From contig JBDHJS010000025.1 of the NCBI GenBank assembly GCA_039586795.1, positions 1 through 64,000 of the forward strand: DNA of 64,000 bases, in the 5' to 3' direction. This DNA comes from Gemmatimonadota bacterium (GTDB lineage Bacteria; Gemmatimonadota; Gemmatimonadetes; Palauibacterales; KS3-K002). The translations under genes were made by a program, and so were the position numbers. The notes under the pieces were generated by a model, which was not told the DNA's origin, did no database searches, and saw only the letters and a list, made by a program, of their open reading frames with translations. Positions 56,907-64,000 of this stretch are shown one piece after another (the stretch's first letter is position 1; every line of letters begins with the position of its first letter).

Positions 56907-57517
56907 TGTCCCGGGATGGCATGACCAACGGAGAGGCGCTCGCCGCGCACATCACGAGCGAGCTGCGGGAAGGTGCGGAGCTTGCCGAGCGGGTTGCCGG
57001 CTCGTTGGTCGAGCCGATATCGCGACTGACGGCGATGGTTGTCGAAACGCTGGATGCCGGGAACAAGCTGCTCTTTTGCGGAAACGGCGGAAGCGCGGCG
57101 GACGCGCAGCACTTGGCAGCGGAGTACGTGATCCGTTATCGGCGTCGAAGGGGCTCGCTGCCAGCCATGGCGCTGAGCACGGATACCTCGGCGCTCACCG
57201 CCGCCGGCAACGACTTTGGCTTCGATCATGTCTTTGCGCGGCAGATTGAGGGTGTGGGCGCGCCGGGTGACCTGCTGGTTCTGCATTCGACCAGCGGCGC
57301 ATCGCAGAACCTGATCGAGGCGGCCCGGGTCGCGCGGGAGCGAGGCGTCAAGACGGTGGCGTTGTTGGCTCGGGATGGCGGCGCGCTGAAGAGCGAGGTT
57401 GATCTGGCGATCGTGATTCCTACGGACTCGACGGCGCGGGCGCAGGAGATGCACATAGCGATCGGGCACGCGGTGGCCGAGTGGGTCGATCGGCTTTGGT
57501 CGAGTGATGAGAGTTGA
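56906..57517 (+). CDS. gmhA: Phosphoheptose isomerase
   Basis: CGNGGSAADAQHLAAE, TAAGND, FARQ, STSG, AQEMH. Confidence 0.94.
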   Translation: MSRDGMTNGEALAAHITSELREGAELAERVAGSLVEPISRLTAMVVETLDAGNKLLFCGNGGSAADAQHLAAEYVIRYRRRRGSLPAMALSTDTSALTAAGNDFGFDHVFARQIEGVGAPGDLLVLHSTSGASQNLIEAARVARERGVKTVALLARDGGALKSEVDLAIVIPTDSTARAQEMHIAIGHAVAEWVDRLWSSDES

Positions 57518-57531
57518 GGGTTGAGGTTCGA

Positions 57532-58302
57532 ATGGGCGAGAGCGTCATCGATCTTGGAGGTAAGCGGGCCATAGTCACGGGTGGATCTCGTGGTATCGGT
57601 CGAGCCACGGCGCTGATGCTAGCGCACGTGGGAGCCGATGTGGGCATCGCGTACCATCAACGTGGCGCAGAGGCGGAAGCGGTCGTCGACGAGGTCCGGA
57701 GCCTGGGCCGAACGGCGTGGTCGGTCGGCTCGGATCTGGGCCAACCCGACGGCGCGGCGGCATTGTTCGAGGTCTGCGACCGTGAGTTCGGTTCGCTCGA
57801 CATCTTCATAGCCAACGCCGGGATCTGGCCGCCGGAGTACGTTCCGCTGGTCGACATGACGGACGAGAATTGGGGCGCGATGATGCGGGCAAATCTCGAC
57901 TCCGTCTTCTATACGGTCCGCGAAGCGGCCCGTCGCGTCGTCGATGGGGGCCGGATTATCATCGTTAGCTCGACGGCCGGTCAACGGGGTGAAGCGGGCC
58001 ACAGTCACTACGCCGCCAGCAAGGGAGCGGTGATCTCGTTCGTCAAGTCGCTGGCCGTGGAATTGGGACCGCGGGACATCACGGTGAACGCCGTTGCGCC
58101 CGGTTGGATAGACACGGATATGGCCACGCCCGCCCTGGCGGCGAACGGAGTGCTGGAGCAGGTCGTCGCGCAGATTCCACTGGGTCGCATCGGAAGCGCC
58201 GACGATATAGCCGGCCCGATTGTGTTTCTGTGCTCACCATTGTCGCGGCACATCACTGGCGAAATTCTCAACGTAAACGGCGGCAGCGTCCTCTGCGGCT
58301 AG
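57532..58302 (+). CDS. SDR-family oxidoreductase (FabG-like)
   Basis: TGGSRGIG, ANAG, YAASK, NAVAPGWIDTDM. Confidence 0.92.
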   Translation: MGESVIDLGGKRAIVTGGSRGIGRATALMLAHVGADVGIAYHQRGAEAEAVVDEVRSLGRTAWSVGSDLGQPDGAAALFEVCDREFGSLDIFIANAGIWPPEYVPLVDMTDENWGAMMRANLDSVFYTVREAARRVVDGGRIIIVSSTAGQRGEAGHSHYAASKGAVISFVKSLAVELGPRDITVNAVAPGWIDTDMATPALAANGVLEQVVAQIPLGRIGSADDIAGPIVFLCSPLSRHITGEILNVNGGSVLCG

Positions 58303-58305
58303 AGC

Positions 58306-59565
58306 GTGACAAAGGGCGAAGTGAGACTCGAGGTACCTGAAGCCGCCAGCGATATCGTTCGGCGGTTGGAAGAGCGAGGCTTCGAGACCTGGGCCGTGGG
58401 CGGCGCCGTGCGCGATGCTTTGCTGAGTGGCTCGCGCGCCGACTGGGATCTGGCCACGGCGGCCCGACCTGAGGTCGTCCGCAAGCTCTTCCGACCTTCC
58501 TATCCAATCGGGATTCAGTTTGGCACGATCGGCGTCCGCGGAAGCGATGGGTACGTCTACGAAGTCACGACGTTCCGGCGCGACCTGGAGACCGACGGAC
58601 GCCATGCCGTGGTAGAGTATGCCGACACGTTGGACGAAGATCTGGGGCGACGCGATTTTACCATAAATGCCATCGCCTATCATCCGCTGCGTCACGAGCT
58701 GCACGATCCGTACGACGGCCGCGGAGACCTGGATCGCCGAATCCTGCGCTGTGTGGGCGATCCGACCCTGCGCTTCTCAGAGGACTACCTGCGAGTCCTG
58801 CGGGGACTCCGTTTCGCCGGCCGCTACGAGCTGGAGATCGAGGACGCGACGTGGGACGCGCTGAAAGCGGCGGTGAGCAACCTGCCGCAGCTGTCCGGCG
58901 AACGCGTGCGTGAAGAGCTGCTCAAGGTCCTCGCCGGGCCAGCGCCATCCAGGTCCCTCGAGCTCTATCGAAACTCCGGTGCGCTGCACAGAGTTTTTGG
59001 TGAGGTAGCCGGGCTGGAGGATACGGAGTGGCGGATCACACTCGAGGCGATCGACCGTATTCCGGCGGAAGAGACCGGCCTGAGACTGGCGCTGCTGTTT
59101 CGTCCGGCGGGCTTTGAGATCGAGGCGATGATGGCGCGGACTCGATTCTCGAACGCAGAAGTGCGAGGCGTCGTGAACCTGGCTGACGCGCTCGACCAGC
59201 CCCTCCCGCAGCCCGGCGATGAGGTGTCGGCGCGGCGCTGGTTGCGGGATGTGACGCCGGCTTTGGCCTCCTACACGTTGCTACTTCACATGGTGTTGCT
59301 CGAAGCGATGGGCGCCGGTGCAAAGGAGCGGAAGCGCCTGGCGGAGCAGGCTAAGGTGATCGAAACTGTTCGCGAGCGCGGCGACCCGGTGACGCTTGGC
59401 GATCTGGCAATCGACGGAAACGACTTGAAGGAAATGGGCATGCTGCCGGGCCCAGAGATCGGACGTGCACTAGAGGCGTGCCTGACCGCAGTAATAGAGG
59501 ATCCGTCGCTGAACGAGCAGGCGGTGCTGCTCGCTTACGTGAGCGGGATGCGCGACGAAGAATGA
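58306..59565 (+). CDS. cca: tRNA nucleotidyltransferase (CCA-adding family)
   Basis: [34 protein letters not shown]. Confidence 0.92.
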   Translation: MTKGEVRLEVPEAASDIVRRLEERGFETWAVGGAVRDALLSGSRADWDLATAARPEVVRKLFRPSYPIGIQFGTIGVRGSDGYVYEVTTFRRDLETDGRHAVVEYADTLDEDLGRRDFTINAIAYHPLRHELHDPYDGRGDLDRRILRCVGDPTLRFSEDYLRVLRGLRFAGRYELEIEDATWDALKAAVSNLPQLSGERVREELLKVLAGPAPSRSLELYRNSGALHRVFGEVAGLEDTEWRITLEAIDRIPAEETGLRLALLFRPAGFEIEAMMARTRFSNAEVRGVVNLADALDQPLPQPGDEVSARRWLRDVTPALASYTLLLHMVLLEAMGAGAKERKRLAEQAKVIETVRERGDPVTLGDLAIDGNDLKEMGMLPGPEIGRALEACLTAVIEDPSLNEQAVLLAYVSGMRDEE

Positions 59566-60932
59566 GCGACGAGCTGGATCTATTTCCCGATGCTGCGCCG
59601 CAGCCGGTGTCCCGGCGGGGACGAATAGCGGACGAGCACACACCGGCCGCGCCGCTGGCGACGCGAATGCGACCGCGCACGCTGGAAGAATTTCTCGGTC
59701 AGGATCATCTGGTGGGCGCGGGCAGGATCCTGCGCGAGCTGATCGAGCGCGATGATCTGCAGTCGCTGATCTTCTGGGGGCCGCCGGGTAGCGGCAAGAC
59801 CACGCTCGCCCGGATCATCGCCGACAGAACACACGCCACGTTCGTTCCGTTCAGCGCGGTAACCGAGGGCGTGCCTCGGGTGCGGGAGATCATAGCGCAA
59901 GCCGAGGAACGCCTGCGCGTAACGGACCAGCGAACGATCCTCTTCTGCGATGAGATCCACCGCTTCAACCGGGCGCAGCAGGACGCGTTTCTTCCGCATG
60001 TCGAAGCGGGGACTGTCGTGTTGATCGGTGCGACGACGGAGAATCCGAGCTTCGAGGTGAATAGCGCGCTGCTCAGTCGCTCGCGAGTGCTGGTGCTGGA
60101 GCCTTTAAGCGCGGAGCACATGCGGACGATTTGCGAGCGGGCGCTGGCCGATGATGAGCGCGGGTTCGGCGCCGAGCAACTCGAGATCGATGATGAGGCT
60201 CTGGACTTCCTGGCGGTCACCGGGGACGGTGATGCGCGTCGCGCGCTATCGGCGCTGGAGATCGCTGCCTCCATCGTGGGGCAGGGCGGGCGGATCACGC
60301 AGGACGTGGCGGCTGAGGCCATGCAGAAGCGATTTGCCCACTACGACAAGTCGGGCGAAGAGCACTACAACCTCATCTCGGCCATGCACAAGGCGGTGCG
60401 TGGTTCGGATCCCGATGCTACGCTCTACTGGCTGGCTCGCATGCTGGATGGCGGCGAAGACCCACTCTACATCGCCCGGCGCATGGTGCGCATGGCGGTG
60501 GAAGACATCGGGCTCGCCGATCCACGAGCGCTCTCCGTAACTGTCGCTGCAAAGGACGCCTACCATTTCCTCGGCACGCCGGAAGGGGAGTTGGCACTTG
60601 CGGAAGCTGCGGTGTACCTGGCGACTGCGCCCAAGTCGAACCGGATCTACACGGCCTTCGGGCGTGCCCGGTCGCTGGCCCGTGAAACGCCGGGTGAGCC
60701 GGTGCCAATGCACATACGCAACGCGCCGACCCGGCTGATGAAGGACCTTGGTTACGGTTCGGGCTATCAGTACGATCACGACGAACCGGAAGGGGTGGCC
60801 CAGCAGGAGTACATGCCGGAGACGGTGGGTCGGCACCGGTTCTACGAGCCGACGGGGCGGGGATTCGAGGTGGAGATCAGGAAGCGGCTGGAGTACTGGG
60901 CTTCAAAGCGGGCGGAAAAGAAGGACGGCTGA
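59562..60932 (+). CDS. rarA: Replication-associated recombination protein A (MgsA)
   Basis: [45 protein letters not shown]. Confidence 0.96.
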   Translation: MSDELDLFPDAAPQPVSRRGRIADEHTPAAPLATRMRPRTLEEFLGQDHLVGAGRILRELIERDDLQSLIFWGPPGSGKTTLARIIADRTHATFVPFSAVTEGVPRVREIIAQAEERLRVTDQRTILFCDEIHRFNRAQQDAFLPHVEAGTVVLIGATTENPSFEVNSALLSRSRVLVLEPLSAEHMRTICERALADDERGFGAEQLEIDDEALDFLAVTGDGDARRALSALEIAASIVGQGGRITQDVAAEAMQKRFAHYDKSGEEHYNLISAMHKAVRGSDPDATLYWLARMLDGGEDPLYIARRMVRMAVEDIGLADPRALSVTVAAKDAYHFLGTPEGELALAEAAVYLATAPKSNRIYTAFGRARSLARETPGEPVPMHIRNAPTRLMKDLGYGSGYQYDHDEPEGVAQQEYMPETVGRHRFYEPTGRGFEVEIRKRLEYWASKRAEKKDG

Positions 60933-60976
60933 CAGGTGCATGAAGCGGGAAGCGGGAGGTCGTCATAGCTGAGAAG

Positions 60977-62272
60977 ATGATCGAGGTCGAAGCGCCGCAG
61001 GAGCGAGCAATCTTGCTGAGCGCGCCGGACAAGAGCGTCAGCCGCCAGGAGGCGCAGGATCATCTCGCCGAACTGGCGTCGCTTGTGGATACGGCAGGCG
61101 CCGAAGTCGTGGGCACGCTGCAGCAGCAACTGCAGTCACCGCACCCCGCGTACTACATTGGGACGGGCAAAGTCGACGAGCTGCGCTTACAGGTTGCCGC
61201 GCGTGATGCGACGCTGGTGATTTTTGACGAAGACCTGACGCCGATGCAGGGCCAGAAGCTCGAGGAGGCGTTGGAAGTCCGGGTGATGGACCGGACGGAG
61301 CTGATCATAGACATCTTCGCGTTGCGAGCGCGGACGGCGGAAGCGAAGACGCAGGTCGAGCTGGCCCAGCTTCAGTATCTGCTTCCGCGGCTGAGGCGGA
61401 TGTGGACTCACCTCTCGCGCATCCGGGGCGGGATCGGGCTGCGGGGTCCGGGCGAGACGCAGTTGGAAACTGACCGCCGGATGATTCGGCGGAAGATCCG
61501 CGACTTGAAGCGACGGCTGGAGCGGATATCGCGGCAGCGGGCAACGCAACGCAAAGGTCGTGTCGGCGAGTATCGTGTCGCTCTCGTCGGCTACACGAAT
61601 GTGGGGAAGTCGTCGATCCTGGCTGGCCTATCCGAGTCAGAGCTCTTCATCGAGGACCGACTATTCGCGACGCTCGATCCCGCGACACGCGCTGTCGATC
61701 TGGGCGATGGTTTCCAGGCGTTGGTCACCGATACGGTGGGCTTCATCCGCAAGCTACCGCACGACCTGGTCGCGTCGTTCAGGGCGACGCTAGAAGAGGT
61801 GAACGAAGCGGACGTATTGTGTCACGTTGTTGACGTTTCGCACCCCTTGTGGGAAGAGCAACACGTAGTGGTCGAGGACGTGATCGCCGAGTTGCGGTTC
61901 AATCCGAAGCGTCGCCTGGTTGCCTTCAACAAAGTGGACCGGCTGACGCATCCAGAGGAGGTGGCGATCGACGAGCGGGCGACGGCCTTGCTTGGAGAGC
62001 ACGTGTTCTCGTCGACTGTGGAGCCGAGCGGTCTCGAGGCATTACGTGCCGCGCTGAGAACTCTCGCCATGGGAGACTGGCCGACCGTGACCCTCACCAT
62101 CCCGGCAACCGAAGGTGGAGTGCTTGCCGAGATCTATCGCGAAGGCGAGGTCCTGTCCCGCGAGGAACGCGGTGATCGTATCCAGCTTCGCGTCAGGTTG
62201 CGGGCTGAAGTGCTCAGCCGACTGAGCTCGAGGGACGACGTTTCGATCTTCGATGCGCCGTCAGCGGCGTGA
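60977..62272 (+). CDS. hflX: GTPase HflX
   Basis: RGPGETQLETDRR, GYTNVGKS, LFATLD, DTVGFI, NKVD. Confidence 0.97.
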   Translation: MIEVEAPQERAILLSAPDKSVSRQEAQDHLAELASLVDTAGAEVVGTLQQQLQSPHPAYYIGTGKVDELRLQVAARDATLVIFDEDLTPMQGQKLEEALEVRVMDRTELIIDIFALRARTAEAKTQVELAQLQYLLPRLRRMWTHLSRIRGGIGLRGPGETQLETDRRMIRRKIRDLKRRLERISRQRATQRKGRVGEYRVALVGYTNVGKSSILAGLSESELFIEDRLFATLDPATRAVDLGDGFQALVTDTVGFIRKLPHDLVASFRATLEEVNEADVLCHVVDVSHPLWEEQHVVVEDVIAELRFNPKRRLVAFNKVDRLTHPEEVAIDERATALLGEHVFSSTVEPSGLEALRAALRTLAMGDWPTVTLTIPATEGGVLAEIYREGEVLSREERGDRIQLRVRLRAEVLSRLSSRDDVSIFDAPSAA

Positions 62273-63153
62273 GCATGCAAGCGCCACACTGGATCGTTGG
62301 GCCCGGTCGGGTGGGAGGCGCTATTGCTTCAGTCCTTGCTGAAGCGAATGGCACAGTCCTCGTGGTCGGCCGAAGTGAGCTGTCGGAAGATCACCCGCTG
62401 TTGAAGCTGCGGTCGGTCGAGTTCACTACGGAGTATCCCGGCGCGCCCGATGCCGGGACTCGCGTCTTGCTGACCGTGCCGGATGCCGACGTGCCGATCG
62501 CGGCGGCGGAACTGGCGGCGCAAGGTACGCCCGGTGCGGGGTGCACGGCTCTTCACATGAGCGGTGCGCTGCCATCCTCGGCCCTTCAGCCGTTGGCGGA
62601 TCTGGGTTATGCCGTCGGTTCGCTTCATCCGCTCCAGACCATCGCCGATCAGGCGCACGGTGCGGAGCGTCTGCGTGGCGCGTTCTTCGCGTTCGAGGGC
62701 GACGCCGAGGCCAGAGAAGCGGCGGTGCGGATCGTCAACGCGGCTGGAGGCCGGCTGCTCGAGGTTCACGCGGCGGACAAAGCGCGTTATCATGCCGCTT
62801 GCGTCTTCGCCTCGAATTATGTCGTGGCGTGCGCCGCGGCGGCGACGCGGTTGCTGGCCGACGCGGTCGGTGTGAGCCGGGAGGAAGCGCGGCGAGCGTT
62901 GGAGCCGCTGTGGGGCGGCGCGGTGGCGAACCTGAACGATCTGGGGCTGCCTGAGGCGCTCACCGGCCCGATCGCCCGGGGAGACCTCGAGACGCTGCAA
63001 TCGAATCTGTCGGTTCTGGACGCATCGACGCGCGCGCTGTACGCACACCTGGGGTTGGAGGCGCTGGCGTTGAGCCGCGAGTTGGGCCTCGACGACATGC
63101 CGGCTGACGCCATTGAAGAAGAACTTCGACGGTACCTTGCAGGAGTAGAGTGA
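62269..63153 (+). CDS. Rossmann-like plus DUF2520 protein (PanG-like ketopantoate reductase candidate)
   Basis: [44 protein letters not shown]. Confidence 0.88.
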   Translation: MSMQAPHWIVGPGRVGGAIASVLAEANGTVLVVGRSELSEDHPLLKLRSVEFTTEYPGAPDAGTRVLLTVPDADVPIAAAELAAQGTPGAGCTALHMSGALPSSALQPLADLGYAVGSLHPLQTIADQAHGAERLRGAFFAFEGDAEAREAAVRIVNAAGGRLLEVHAADKARYHAACVFASNYVVACAAAATRLLADAVGVSREEARRALEPLWGGAVANLNDLGLPEALTGPIARGDLETLQSNLSVLDASTRALYAHLGLEALALSRELGLDDMPADAIEEELRRYLAGVE

Positions 63154-63884
63154 TGCGGCTGTACATCAATCTCGATCACGTTGCGACCGTTCGGGAGGCC
63201 CGTCGCACGGACGAGCCCGACCCGGTTCGGGCCGCGGTGCTTGCCGAGCTTGGCGGAGCGCAGGCGATCACCGTTCACCTGCGTGAAGACCGGCGGCATA
63301 TCAACGACCGGGATGTCGTGCTCTTACTTCAAACGGTGCGCACCGGCGTGAACCTGGAGATGGCGATCGAGGGTGAGATGGTCGAGTTGGCGCTGGAGCA
63401 CCATCCAATGCAGGTCACGCTGGTACCGGAGCGGCGCGAGGAAATAACGACGGAGGGCGGATTGGACCTGAGTGACGCCGACCGTCGACGGCGCGCCGAG
63501 GGAGTGCTGGCGAAGTTGGGGGATGCGGGCATCAGGACGTCGTTGTTCATCGACCCGGATGCGGACGGGATACGCGTCTCCAAGGAGCTGGGGGCGGACG
63601 CGATCGAGCTTCACACGGGCGAATATGCCAATGCGTCGACGGAGCGCGATCGGGAGGAGCAGTTGCAGCGCCTGCGTAAGGCCGCGATCTTGGGGAGGGA
63701 GATCGGGCTGGCGGTTCACGCCGGTCATGGCCTAACCTACGAGAACGTCATACCCGTGGCGGCGATCCCGGAGATCGAGGAGTTGAACATCGGACACTCG
63801 GTGGTCAGCCGGGCGGTATTTGTAGGGATGGAGCGGGCAGTGAGAGAGATGCTAGAGCTGGTTCTGTCCGCACGGAGCCGGTAG
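63153..63884 (+). CDS. pdxJ: Pyridoxine 5'-phosphate synthase
   Basis: [44 protein letters not shown]. Confidence 0.97.
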   Translation: MRLYINLDHVATVREARRTDEPDPVRAAVLAELGGAQAITVHLREDRRHINDRDVVLLLQTVRTGVNLEMAIEGEMVELALEHHPMQVTLVPERREEITTEGGLDLSDADRRRRAEGVLAKLGDAGIRTSLFIDPDADGIRVSKELGADAIELHTGEYANASTERDREEQLQRLRKAAILGREIGLAVHAGHGLTYENVIPVAAIPEIEELNIGHSVVSRAVFVGMERAVREMLELVLSARSR

Positions 63885-63897
63885 GAGAGCGAGGGAG

Positions 63898-64000
63898 ATG
63901 CCCCGAACACTGATGGAGTTCTTCGCCGACGAGGCGAATGACTATCTGAACAAGCTAGAACAGACGCTGGACACGTCGGGCCAACCTGACTCCGACGAGT
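63898..64000 (+). CDS. Partial gene (runs off the window), Hpt-like N-terminus
   Basis: MPRTLMEFFADEANDYLNKLEQ after GAGGGAG RBS; resembles CheA/Hpt helix 1. Confidence 0.55.
   Translation, partial: MPRTLMEFFADEANDYLNKLEQTLDTSGQPDSDE

Overview
GC-rich bacterial chromosomal window, probably Gemmatimonadota-like (inferred from the Ser/Thr kinase style and the orphan duplicated ABC permease). Most of it is housekeeping genes: ECF sigma, late menaquinone genes (menG/ubiD-like/ubiA-like/ubiX) with an embedded chemoreceptor, mutM, purD, metB-like, glmM, glmS, dtd, maf, mtnA, glpK, ltaE, recA/recX, alaS, gmhA, cca, rarA, hflX and pdxJ. An accessory run of genes lies between dtd and maf (19.6-33.4 kb). 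No rRNA, tRNA, CRISPR array, integrase or transposase was recognised. Most notable: (1) a four-helix-bundle (Avd/IVP-like) gene bracketed by inverted heptamer repeats, at the centre of a symmetric G/T-rich to C/A-rich strand-composition switch that alters synonymous codons of the neighbouring genes; (2) gene-less heptamer and hexamer hairpin elements at other operon junctions, the heptamer ones showing a similar skew; (3) a lower-GC two-lipoprotein islet flanked by a ~440 bp diverged direct repeat with reciprocal gene inactivation; (4) several small lesions in otherwise intact genes. All calls come from reading motifs by eye; no database searches were run.
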